This document shows positions 39,888 to 48,658 of a stretch of DNA of 64,000 nucleotides, piece after piece. Both the position numbers and the translations under genes were made by a program. This stretch comes from a virus: IMG/VR virus record IMGVR_UViG_3300027387_000003, positions 1 to 64,000 of that record, one strand, 5' to 3'. The number at the start of each line of letters is the position of its first letter. Positions within the stretch are counted from its first letter, which is position 1. The notes beneath the pieces are model-generated. The model had not been told where the DNA came from and searched no databases. It was given only the letters and a program-made list of their open reading frames with translations.

Positions 39888-40169
39888 ATGCTTGAGCTAC
39901 TTCTTATCGGATGCTTTACAGGGTTCTTCCTAGCTGCCATACGTTCTTTGCTAGATGTCCTTAGTATCTTCATAGGTATTCAAATATTAAATGCTGGGTT
40001 CTCTATCTTATTCTCAGCAGTAGCTGTGTATTTAGTTGAAGTTTCAACTACTAAGAGCTACATCCTCTACACCATAGCGGGGGCATTCCTGGGGGCATCT
40101 TTACTAGCCCTTGTAGAAAGGGTCGCCACCTACAAGCCTGCCGTCATCAATAGCGCTCGCGAAGAATAG
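39888..40169 (+). CDS. membrane protein (3 TM), probably leaderless
   Basis: Hydrophobic helices; TAGGAT exactly 6 nt before ATG. Confidence 0.65.
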   Translation: MLELLLIGCFTGFFLAAIRSLLDVLSIFIGIQILNAGFSILFSAVAVYLVEVSTTKSYILYTIAGAFLGASLLALVERVATYKPAVINSAREE

Positions 40170-40201
40170 GTGTAGTATGTGGGCCACCTAAGGAGGTCCA
40201 C

Positions 40202-40882
40202 ATGGACAAGTACTATGTACTGGTAGCAGGAAACGGTGCGACAAGTCGCGCAAACATTGAGGCATTAATGGAAGACCATTACTATGCCAATGGTGAAGAC
40301 GGCATTGTTGTTATGCCAATCTTTGGTAACCCAACACCGTCACAAGTTTTTGTTGCACAGTATGCAAAAGAAAAAAACAAAGAGGTTGTTTACGTAGCTT
40401 CAGAAGGAGCTAACCTAACTAACCTACCCGCTGGCTCTATGATTAATGACCCAGACCCAATAAACAAAGCTGTTGAAATCATTATTGGAGAGAAGACAAC
40501 TGCTTTTCTTCTCTGGTCTGATGAAGATAATACTTCTTTAGACGTTCTAGTTGCATGTAAGAAAGCTGATATTAAGTGCTTTGACCTTACTGACGGCCTA
40601 GTCCCAATCAACCCATCTGCTGATATTAAAAAAGCGGAGGTGATTGACTTCCCAGAAAAAGAGCGCGTAACTAAAAGTGCAAAGGAGGACGAAGACGATG
40701 GCGCGGAGGAGGAAGAAAGCGGTGAAGAAGAAGAAGATGACGAAGAGTACGAAGACGAAGACGAAGAAGACGACGAAGGTCTTGAAAATCTCTACGCGGG
40801 GGTCGAAGAAATAGCCCGCATCTTTGCCCGTGCCTTCAAGGAGGAATTTAGCCGTAATGACACAGACACACCTAAGCCCTAA
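40202..40882 (+). CDS. hypothetical protein with acidic C-terminal tract
   Basis: AAGGAGG RBS; poly-D/E tail. Confidence 0.7.
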   Translation: MDKYYVLVAGNGATSRANIEALMEDHYYANGEDGIVVMPIFGNPTPSQVFVAQYAKEKNKEVVYVASEGANLTNLPAGSMINDPDPINKAVEIIIGEKTTAFLLWSDEDNTSLDVLVACKKADIKCFDLTDGLVPINPSADIKKAEVIDFPEKERVTKSAKEDEDDGAEEEESGEEEEDDEEYEDEDEEDDEGLENLYAGVEEIARIFARAFKEEFSRNDTDTPKP

Positions 40883-41765
40883 GGCTTTGGGGCTGCTCCT
40901 ACACGTGTACGCACAGGGGGCTTCAGGAGGCTCCAAAGGCCTCTCAGAGGCTCTTGGGGTGGGTAAGGACTATGTTTCCTCAGGCTTGATAGAGCTGCGC
41001 TCTAACGACCTGATAGCCCTGATTAAAGGGAAAACGGACAAAGGGAACTTTTGGTCCACTGTGGAGATTACCCAGAAGGGTGTTGACATCCTCAAGAAAC
41101 ACATGAAGGATGGGAAGAACCGTGGCGGAAAACCCGCAACGGCACCGTTGCGGAAAACCCGTCCCTCTATATCACAGAATAGCTATCTAGCTAATTATCC
41201 TAATAGCATAGAAGCATATTCAGTTAACCAAGGGGACGCACTAAGTGCGTCCCATAAAGAACAAGAAGAATTTATCGAAGGAGTCGACATGTGGCTAGAC
41301 CCAGATGACTTAGCAGCAGAGATAGAAAAGGACCGTAAGCGCAAGGCTGAGGAACGCACAGAGGCTAAACAGAAGAAGCACACTGACCGTCAGAAGATTA
41401 GGGCTTCACGTCCCGTTGAGAAGTGGACCCCTACGGATGTAGTTAATTACTTTGCGGAAGTGGTTAAGACTGTGTGGCACATTAGTGAGGTCACCACCAA
41501 CCAACGTCCCGCGTTTATTAGTGCCATGAAAAATTTCCGTGCAGACTTTGATACTACTGGCGATATTGAAAAAGAAATTCTTGACCGTTGGATTGACAGT
41601 CAGAAGCACGATACAGATAAGCGAAGCCCAGACGCTCTCTTCTTTGGATTTATAAAGTATGCTCCCACCATGTTGGAAGAGGCAAAACGTGCACTGGCGC
41701 CAGAAGACCTATCACGTGTAGAGTCTGTTAAAGCAAAGCGTCGTGCACAGTTAGGAGTTGAGTGA
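40857..41765 (+). CDS. replication initiator (winged-HTH)
   Basis: 'LSPKALGLL......' HTH N-terminus; precedes DnaC-like loader; internal repeats. Confidence 0.7.
   Translation: MTQTHLSPKALGLLLHVYAQGASGGSKGLSEALGVGKDYVSSGLIELRSNDLIALIKGKTDKGNFWSTVEITQKGVDILKKHMKDGKNRGGKPATAPLRKTRPSISQNSYLANYPNSIEAYSVNQGDALSASHKEQEEFIEGVDMWLDPDDLAAEIEKDRKRKAEERTEAKQKKHTDRQKIRASRPVEKWTPTDVVNYFAEVVKTVWHISEVTTNQRPAFISAMKNFRADFDTTGDIEKEILDRWIDSQKHDTDKRSPDALFFGFIKYAPTMLEEAKRALAPEDLSRVESVKAKRRAQLGVE
41125..41230. repeat. putative replication origin inside initiator gene
   Basis: GCGGAAAACCCG at 41125 and 41150; inverted repeat CCGCAACGG-CA-CCGTTGCGG (41134-41153); adjacent AT-richer stretch. Confidence 0.55.
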
Positions 41766-42451
41766 TGTACAAACTTGAAGACCAGAAGGTTCGTCGTCGT
41801 TCATGGATTAAGGCTGCTGGCATACCAAAGGCTCGTCTAGGTTGGACAGTAGATGATTGCAAAGACACTGACAAAGATGACATTGCAGATATTAAAAGCT
41901 GGCTTAAAGTTTTTGACAAAGGTGAGAACGTCCGTGCTTCTTCTAGTAAGTATTGCGGTAAGGGATTGTTGTTAGCTGGAAAGCCTGGTCGTGGAAAGTC
42001 AACAGTGGCTGCATCTATTATCCAGACCATCATGCTTAACTCCCCTATTGATGCTTTTGATGTTGAGGAAGGTGGGGTTTTAATACGTCCCTGCTACTTT
42101 ATGACCTTTAATGACGTCTTGGCCCTACAAGGTCGCATGATGGATAGCCCGACAGACTGGGAGGAGGTCCTCTACTATGGTGTCTTAGGCGAGGCGCATG
42201 ACTCCTACAACATCCGAGTCCTAGTGATAGATGATGTAGGCAAGGAACACGCTAGCCTAAGCGGGTGGCAGAAGAACGTGTTGCACCACGTACTACGTAC
42301 ACGGTTCAACCAAGGACTGCCAACCATAGTGACCACCAACGTCATGCTTGACGATTGGAGTAGTCTTTACGGAGACGCTACCGAAAGCTTTGCCAAGGAA
42401 GCATTCCTATATTATGAAATGGTTACTAACAAAGGAGACCTACGAGAATGA
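41762..42451 (+). CDS. DnaC/IstB-like AAA+ helicase loader
   Basis: Walker A 'GKPGRGKS', 'LVIDDVGKE', 'PTIVTTN'. Confidence 0.85.
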   Translation: MMYKLEDQKVRRRSWIKAAGIPKARLGWTVDDCKDTDKDDIADIKSWLKVFDKGENVRASSSKYCGKGLLLAGKPGRGKSTVAASIIQTIMLNSPIDAFDVEEGGVLIRPCYFMTFNDVLALQGRMMDSPTDWEEVLYYGVLGEAHDSYNIRVLVIDDVGKEHASLSGWQKNVLHHVLRTRFNQGLPTIVTTNVMLDDWSSLYGDATESFAKEAFLYYEMVTNKGDLRE

Positions 42452-42756
42452 GCAAGGTAATGGATACTAAACTTGTACAAGTATTTCTAAGTCAATCCCA
42501 GACCCCTGGTCCAGGAATCTTTGAAGTGTCTGTTGATGACGACAACAAGTTCTATTGCACATGCCAAGGATACAAAGGTCGCAGCACATGCAAGCATGTT
42601 AAGTTTGTACAAGCCCGTGTTAAATCTAACGGTGGAGACAACTACCCTTTAGAGTTCTCTAGTCGAGCTACTAAAGATGACGTGTTTAAAGCTAAGCAAT
42701 CTAAAGAAGACTTCCGTGACTTTGTAATTCGCTTCGGTAAGATAGAAGTCTTTTAA
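42448..42756 (+). CDS. SWIM zinc-finger protein
   Basis: 'CTC........CKH'. Confidence 0.75.
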   Translation: MSKVMDTKLVQVFLSQSQTPGPGIFEVSVDDDNKFYCTCQGYKGRSTCKHVKFVQARVKSNGGDNYPLEFSSRATKDDVFKAKQSKEDFRDFVIRFGKIEVF

Positions 42757-43164
42757 ATGAAGCACGGGGATATCAGTAACGAACTCCCCAAAAGGTTGTT
42801 AGTTACAACAGACCTGATTATGGATGTAGAAGTTTCCGTTAAGCGGAAGCTTTTAATAATCCCATCAGTAAAAATAAATAAAAAGTTTAGACGCGATATT
42901 TTAAGCTATCTATATTTATATACATCCCGTGCAGGGGTGACGCTTGAACTTGTGTCTTACAACTTAGACGAAGAAAATTTATCTGAAGCTATGGACCTAC
43001 TTGACAAGATGGGTACCAATCCCTTTAGATACTTTACGGCATACGAATCGGTTAATCATTTGGTCAACGAACTTCCCTATAGACCTGAAGTTGTTGGCGT
43101 TGTTGATGTAGACTCGCGCCTCTTACAATACGGTCGATGGGGAAGGACATTTAAGGAACTATGA
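42757..43164 (+). CDS. hypothetical protein
   Basis: ORF in replication operon. Confidence 0.65.
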   Translation: MKHGDISNELPKRLLVTTDLIMDVEVSVKRKLLIIPSVKINKKFRRDILSYLYLYTSRAGVTLELVSYNLDEENLSEAMDLLDKMGTNPFRYFTAYESVNHLVNELPYRPEVVGVVDVDSRLLQYGRWGRTFKEL

Positions 43165-44387
43165 ACAATGAAGCAAAGCTACTAAGTAAAGTACTTGCAG
43201 ACCGCAACCTAGCCCCACTATTTGATAGAGGCGTTAACGACAGTTGGTTTGTTGACCCTGATGTAAAGCGTGTATGGATATTTACACGACAGCATTTCTT
43301 TAACTATGCAGAGTGCCCAAGCTTAGATGTTATCTCGGGTAACTTCCCCGCCTATAAGTTGTTGGAAGTAAATGACAGCGTTGATTATTTAATTGACACT
43401 GTAATCTCAGACCGACGTAAGGCTGCAACCATTAATATGATGGATGAAACCATCAATATTTTGGAAAAAGAAAAAGACCATGAAAAGGCTTTACTTGTTA
43501 TTCAAGGTAACCTAGCCAAGCTAGAAGAAGACGGTCTTAGTAAGACTAGCGACTTAGACCTTACTGATAACGCACTAGAGCGTTTCAATGAGTACGAGTT
43601 TAGAAAGAACAATCCAGGCATGCTTGGAGTTCCTACTGGTTTCCCTACTATGGACCAAGCAACTAACGGCTTACAAGATGGTCAGCTAATTGTTATTGTT
43701 GCTCCACCTAAGACTGGTAAGTCAACTCTTGCTTTGCAGGTTGCACAGAACATTCACATGCAGGATAAGTGCGTGATGTTCCAGTCATTTGAAATGAGTA
43801 ACCACGAACAGCAGACTCGTTACGATGCTATGCGTTCACGCGTATCACACACACGTTTATTAACTGGTACTTTATCTGCAGAAGACGAAGCAAGATACAA
43901 GCAGAAGCTTAAATCATTAGAAAGCATGCGCAAGAAGTTCTGGTTAGTGGACTCTGCTAACGGCTCTACCGTCTCTGGTATTGCTAACAAGATTCAAGTT
44001 CTACATCCAGACATCGTGTTCATTGACGGTACCTACCTTATGATTGACGAGCAGAGCGGTGAGCAGAACACCCCACAGGCAATCACTAACATCACCCGTT
44101 CGCTAAAGCGTATGGCTCAGCGTTATAAAGTTCCAGTAGTTATTTCTACTCAGGTACTTAACTGGAAGATGAAGAAGGGTCAGGTAACTGCCGACTCTAT
44201 TGGTTACTCATCTTCTTTCCACCAAGACGCTGACGTTATCTTTGGTCTACAGAGAGAAGACGAGAATGTAGATGACACTCGTGTACTTAAGATTCTTGAC
44301 AGCCGTAACTCTGGTCGCGTAGACGTTTCACTTCTATGGGACTGGGGCACAGGTACATTCCGCGAAATTGATGCAAGTGATATCTAA
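43161..44387 (+). CDS. dnaB: replicative DNA helicase (DnaB-like)
   Basis: 'GVPTGFP', Walker A 'APPKTGKS', 'SFEM', 'VFIDG', 'QDAD'. Confidence 0.92.
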   Translation: MNNEAKLLSKVLADRNLAPLFDRGVNDSWFVDPDVKRVWIFTRQHFFNYAECPSLDVISGNFPAYKLLEVNDSVDYLIDTVISDRRKAATINMMDETINILEKEKDHEKALLVIQGNLAKLEEDGLSKTSDLDLTDNALERFNEYEFRKNNPGMLGVPTGFPTMDQATNGLQDGQLIVIVAPPKTGKSTLALQVAQNIHMQDKCVMFQSFEMSNHEQQTRYDAMRSRVSHTRLLTGTLSAEDEARYKQKLKSLESMRKKFWLVDSANGSTVSGIANKIQVLHPDIVFIDGTYLMIDEQSGEQNTPQAITNITRSLKRMAQRYKVPVVISTQVLNWKMKKGQVTADSIGYSSSFHQDADVIFGLQREDENVDDTRVLKILDSRNSGRVDVSLLWDWGTGTFREIDASDI

Positions 44388-45301
44388 TGACTATAGAGGA
44401 AATGAAAGACACTCTTGTTAGTTTAGGTCTTAGTGTCAACGACACTCGTGGCGATGAGATTCAGATTAACTGCCCTGCTCATAAAGAGCGTACAGGCAAA
44501 GAAGATAGAAACCCATCGCTATGGATAAATGCCGATAGTGGTGCGTTCATATGTTTTTCTTGTCAGTGGAAGGGAAACATCTACACACTTATAGAGCAGG
44601 TTGGTGGTGTAGCTGGTGGTGGCAATTTAGATTTAGCAGCAAGAGTTGAGTCATCTTTGCGTTCTCGTTTTCAACGCCTTACAAACCCCAAAGACCAAAA
44701 GCAAGAAGAGCCAGTTATCATCCACGAGTCTATGCTTAGTGCGTTTAAAGGAGTGCCTGGAGCTACATGTTTAAGTAGAGGCTTGTTACCAGACCTTGTT
44801 TGGAAGTATGGCGTACGTTGGAACTCTACTGACAAGTCTTGGATTATTCCTATTAGAGACCCACTAACTAATAAGCTTATGGGATGGCAGGAGAAAGGCC
44901 ATGAACGTCGCATTTTTAAAAACACTACACGTGTAAAGAAAGGCGACGCCTTGTTCGGTTACGACCTCTACGAGGGCGGAGACATGATTGTTGTTGAATC
45001 ACCTTTAGATGTTATCCGTTTAGCTTCTGTGGGTTTTCCAGGGGGCGTAGCGGTATATGGATGCATAGTCTCTGACATGCAGTTTAATTTAATTCGCGGT
45101 GGTCAGCGTGTAATTTTTGCAATGGACAATGATAAGGCTGGTAATGAGGCTACTCGCGACCTGCTTAAGCGGGCAAAAGAGTATGGCCTTGAGTGCTGGT
45201 TATTTAACTATTCGCAAACAGATATGAAAGACGTTGGCGGAATGTCTCAAGCTGAGATAGTCTGGGGACTTGAAAACGCCACCCATATGTTAAGGAGTTA
45301 A
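44387..45301 (+). CDS. DNA primase (CHC2 Zn-finger + TOPRIM)
   Basis: 'CPAH...CFSC', 'VVESPLD', 'MDNDKAG'. Confidence 0.9.
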   Translation: MTIEEMKDTLVSLGLSVNDTRGDEIQINCPAHKERTGKEDRNPSLWINADSGAFICFSCQWKGNIYTLIEQVGGVAGGGNLDLAARVESSLRSRFQRLTNPKDQKQEEPVIIHESMLSAFKGVPGATCLSRGLLPDLVWKYGVRWNSTDKSWIIPIRDPLTNKLMGWQEKGHERRIFKNTTRVKKGDALFGYDLYEGGDMIVVESPLDVIRLASVGFPGGVAVYGCIVSDMQFNLIRGGQRVIFAMDNDKAGNEATRDLLKRAKEYGLECWLFNYSQTDMKDVGGMSQAEIVWGLENATHMLRS

Positions 45302-45302
45302 A

Positions 45303-45839
45303 ATGATTATTGGTCTATGTGGATATGCACAGTCAGGTAAAGATTCAGTTGCTGAGATACTGGTTAATAATTATGGGTACACCCGTGTTGCTTTTGCTGA
45401 CCCTATCCGAGAACTTCTGTATGAGATGAACCCTACAGTTAAAGATGGTGGCTACAGACTTCAAGGAGTTGTAGATGGTTATGGTTGGGATGTAGCAAAG
45501 ACTGCTTTCCCTGAAGTCAGAGCCCTTCTACAGAACCTAGGCGTAGGCGCTCGCAAAGTATTTGGTGAGCATTTCTGGGTACATCAAGCTTTGCGTCAAG
45601 TTCATTGGGAAGGCAACTTTGTTATTACTGATGTCAGATACCCTAACGAAGCTAAAGAAATTAGAGAGTACGATGACGCACAGATTTGGCGTATAAAGCG
45701 CACAGGTATAGAACCAGTAAACACTCATGCATCAGAGACTGCTATGGATGGTGAAAAGGTTGACCAGATATTCCTCAACAATGGTACGCTTGAAGACTTA
45801 GCGGTATTAATTGGAACAAGAATGAGAGCTTACGTATGA
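45303..45839 (+). CDS. deoxynucleoside monophosphate kinase
   Basis: 'IIGLCGYAQSGKD', 'FADP', 'TDVRYPNE', 'HASE'. Confidence 0.9.
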   Translation: MIIGLCGYAQSGKDSVAEILVNNYGYTRVAFADPIRELLYEMNPTVKDGGYRLQGVVDGYGWDVAKTAFPEVRALLQNLGVGARKVFGEHFWVHQALRQVHWEGNFVITDVRYPNEAKEIREYDDAQIWRIKRTGIEPVNTHASETAMDGEKVDQIFLNNGTLEDLAVLIGTRMRAYV

Positions 45840-46066
45840 TTGATTATCAGTATTGGTCTTGGTTACTAGCCGCTATTGGCGTAACTGGTATTTTCTTTGT
45901 AGGTAGAAAAACTATTTGGGGATGGCTAATCCTCTGTCTTAATGAGTGTCTTTGGATTGTCTACGCTTTAACAACAGACCAGTATGGGTTCATTGTTGCC
46001 GCTGTTGCCTACGGAATTGTTTACATCAAGTCCTATCTCCACTGGCGTAAAGATGAGCTACGATAA
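45836..46066 (+). CDS. small PnuC-like (3-TM) membrane protein
   Basis: 'RKTIWGW......LW..Y......G.......Y......W' half-PnuC pattern. Confidence 0.6.
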   Translation: MIDYQYWSWLLAAIGVTGIFFVGRKTIWGWLILCLNECLWIVYALTTDQYGFIVAAVAYGIVYIKSYLHWRKDELR

Positions 46067-46343
46067 AAACTGCGCGGGCCATTGTTGGACCTGGGCGCGT
46101 AAAGATTTAGACTGGGTTACAGAAGAGGGTAAGCACTTTAAAGGTATGTATGTGGTCTGGCGTTGTGGTCACTGCATGAAGATGGGCCAGATTTTATTTG
46201 AGTACGATGCGGTAGAGCACGAGAAGCGAATACAAGGTTCTCAGCAAGGGTTTGCTAGAGTTCACGGTAGAGGTAAGTGCCCTGCTCAGAAGTATGGTGC
46301 AAAGCCAGCACCTAAGAAGAAGGAGTATAGCTATGACTTTTAA
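46053..46343 (+). CDS. hypothetical Cys/His protein
   Basis: ORF bridging neighbours; C/H residues. Confidence 0.5.
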   Translation: MSYDKNCAGHCWTWARKDLDWVTEEGKHFKGMYVVWRCGHCMKMGQILFEYDAVEHEKRIQGSQQGFARVHGRGKCPAQKYGAKPAPKKKEYSYDF

Positions 46344-47925
46344 GGGGACTTTACTTCCTTATCAGCCAGAGGCTGTAGACCGCATGGTTGAACGTCACAA
46401 GGTGCTAGTGGCCTATGACCTAGGCCTTGGTAAAACTGTTATTACTATTGCAGCCATAGAACGTTTGATGGATGAGAACAAAGTTACAGAGCCAGGTCTT
46501 ATAATCTGCTTATCCTCATTAAAATACCAGTGGGCTAATCAGATTGAGAAATTTACCGATGGAACTTCTAAAGCTTTGGTCATTGATGGAACGCCAAAGA
46601 AGCGGGCAGCCCAATACGCAGAAGCTATGGACTGGAGGAATTCAGGGGTTGATTACATCATTCTTAACTACGAGCAAGTTGTTAACGACTGGGATACCAT
46701 CAAGGACCTACCACGAGGATTCGTTGTCCTTGACGAAGCCACAGCTATTAAGTCTTTCAAGTCCAAACGTTCCCGAGCAGTAAAGAAGCTAATCAATGCT
46801 AAATATAGATATGCACTCACTGGTACTCCGATTGAAAATGGTAAGCCTGAAGAGTTGTACAGCATTATGCAATTTGTTGACGCCAGCGTACTTGGTCGGT
46901 TTGACATCTTTGACGCTGCTTTTATTGTAAGAAACTCTTGGGGAGCACCTCAGTATTACCGCAACCTTTCTACCCTACACACAAGGATGAAGGAAGTCTG
47001 CGTACGTAAGGCGCAGAAAGACCCAGATGTGTCGCCTTATCTACCTGACACCATCCATAAAGACCCTATAAAAATTGTCTTTGATAGAGCATGCTCAAAG
47101 TTATACACACGCATCTCACAAGATTTGTTAGCGGACCTTGATGAAGCTCAAGACTTGTTTGGTTCTAACTTCAACGTAATGGCGCACTACGGCATGGAGT
47201 CCACACGTGGTGGGCCACAGGATGAGATGCGTGGAAAAATTATGTCTAAGATTGGAGCATTAAAAATGCTCTGCTCACACCCAGAGTTATTAAAGAGTAG
47301 CGCTGCAAAGTTTAAACTAATGTCAGGAGAGGGTTCTGCTTATGTCACTGAACTGGTTGATGGGGGTCTTCTTGATAGTGTTGGTAACTCGCCTAAGCTT
47401 GACTATCTTACTCAGTATGTTAAGGACTTCTTGGACCAGAATCAGGAAAACAAAGTAGTCATATTTGCTACCTACGTAGACATGCTTGACAAGATTGCCG
47501 AGGCTCTAGGGCCAGAGCAGTGCCGACTATACTCAGGGAAACTAGATGCTAAAACTAAAGAAGATAACAAAGTTGCTTTTAATAGCGACCCTACTGTTCG
47601 TGTTCTTATTTCTTCCGATGCTGGCGGTTATGGTGTAGACCTACCTGCAGCTAACATGCTGATTAACTATGACCTACCGTGGTCATCAGGTACCGCCACA
47701 CAGCGTAACGGACGTATTAAGAGAGCCTCATCAACTTGGCCCTCTATCGTAATTCAAGATATAGTTATCGCAGGGTCCATTGAAGAACGTCAATGGGAAG
47801 CCCTACAACAAAAGAGTTCTATTGCTAACGCTATTATTGATGGCGAAGGAGTAGATGATGATGAAACTAAGGTGTCAATGTCTGTAGGAAGCCTAAAGTC
47901 CTTCCTTCAGTCATCTAACGTCTAG
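46333..47925 (+). CDS. SNF2-family helicase
   Basis: 'LLPYQ', 'DLGLGKT', 'LDEA', 'LTGTP', 'GVDL', 'QRNGRIKR'; AGGAG RBS before ATG 46333. Confidence 0.9.
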   Translation: MTFKGTLLPYQPEAVDRMVERHKVLVAYDLGLGKTVITIAAIERLMDENKVTEPGLIICLSSLKYQWANQIEKFTDGTSKALVIDGTPKKRAAQYAEAMDWRNSGVDYIILNYEQVVNDWDTIKDLPRGFVVLDEATAIKSFKSKRSRAVKKLINAKYRYALTGTPIENGKPEELYSIMQFVDASVLGRFDIFDAAFIVRNSWGAPQYYRNLSTLHTRMKEVCVRKAQKDPDVSPYLPDTIHKDPIKIVFDRACSKLYTRISQDLLADLDEAQDLFGSNFNVMAHYGMESTRGGPQDEMRGKIMSKIGALKMLCSHPELLKSSAAKFKLMSGEGSAYVTELVDGGLLDSVGNSPKLDYLTQYVKDFLDQNQENKVVIFATYVDMLDKIAEALGPEQCRLYSGKLDAKTKEDNKVAFNSDPTVRVLISSDAGGYGVDLPAANMLINYDLPWSSGTATQRNGRIKRASSTWPSIVIQDIVIAGSIEERQWEALQQKSSIANAIIDGEGVDDDETKVSMSVGSLKSFLQSSNV

Positions 47926-47998
47926 TGCCCCATAGCTCAGTTGGCAGAGCATCGCACTGTTAATGCGAGTGTCCCTGGTTCGAGTCCAGGTGGGGCAG
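47926..47998 (+). tRNA. tRNA-Asn (GUU)
   Basis: Cloverleaf: TGCCCCA/TGGGGCA acceptor; TCGCA-CTGTTAA-TGCGA anticodon arm; CCTGG-TTCGAGT-CCAGG T arm. Confidence 0.95.
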
Positions 47999-48002
47999 CA
48001 AT

Positions 48003-48078
48003 GCGGTTGTAGCTCAGTTGGTAGAGCGGCACCTTGCCAAGGTGCAGGTCGCGAGTTCGAGCCTCGTCAACCGCTCCA
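48003..48078 (+). tRNA. tRNA-Gly (GCC), encoded CCA
   Basis: GCGGTTG/CAACCGC acceptor; CTTGCCAAG anticodon region; TTCGAGC T-loop; CCA 48076-48078. Confidence 0.95.
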
Positions 48079-48079
48079 T

Positions 48080-48132
48080 TCCCCATTCGTCTAATGGCAG
48101 GATTAGAACCTACTTTAGCGGTACGAGTCCTT
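48080..48132 (+). pseudogene. 5' remnant of a disrupted tRNA (Gln/Glu-type)
   Basis: TCCCCAT-TC-GTCTAATGGCAGGAT gives acceptor 5' strand and D arm; anticodon arm absent or degenerate; ends in CGAGTCCTT. Confidence 0.75.
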
Positions 48133-48154
48133 AATATAGGTATACCCTTAAGGC

Positions 48155-48634
48155 ATGAAACCTTGTTCCAGATGTGGCAAAGATAAACCACTAGAAAGCT
48201 ATAACAAAAAACGAGTCAACAAAGACGGTTCTATTGGTTATCAGCCTTATTGTAAAGAGTGTCAAAAGTCCTGGTACTCCAAGTACTACCACACTGACCC
48301 TGCTGAAAAAGCTAGGCTATATAACAGAAATAAGACTAATCGCCTAGCTCTTAGGGATTTGGTTAATAAAGCTAAAGACAAACCTTGCGCTGATTGTGGG
48401 GTTCAATATCCTTATTATGTTATGCAGTTTGACCATTTGGACCGCAGTCAAAAAAGTTTCACCATCTCAACCGCCTCTAGAAATGGAACTACCTTAGCTC
48501 GTATGGTTGAAGAGATATCTAAATGTGATGTAGTATGCGCTAATTGCCACATGGAAAGAACATTCGGGCATTTAAACCCAATGGCAGATGGTGTAACTGG
48601 CAACACGCCTGGCTCTGGACCAGGAGACTTCTAG
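48155..48634 (+). CDS. HNH homing endonuclease with N-terminal Zn-finger
   Basis: CSRC...CKEC; 'PCADCG...MQFDH...KCDVVCANCH'; leaderless (TACCCT-N6-ATG). Confidence 0.9.
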   Translation: MKPCSRCGKDKPLESYNKKRVNKDGSIGYQPYCKECQKSWYSKYYHTDPAEKARLYNRNKTNRLALRDLVNKAKDKPCADCGVQYPYYVMQFDHLDRSQKSFTISTASRNGTTLARMVEEISKCDVVCANCHMERTFGHLNPMADGVTGNTPGSGPGDF

Positions 48635-48655
48635 GTTCGACCCCTAGTCTGCCAG
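48582..48655 (+). tRNA. tRNA-Gln (CUG), overlapping the HNH 3' end
   Basis: TGGCAGA/TCTGCCA acceptor; CCTGG-CTCTGGA-CCAGG anticodon arm; CTAGG-TTCGACC-CCTAG T arm. Confidence 0.92.
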
Positions 48656-48658
48656 CTT

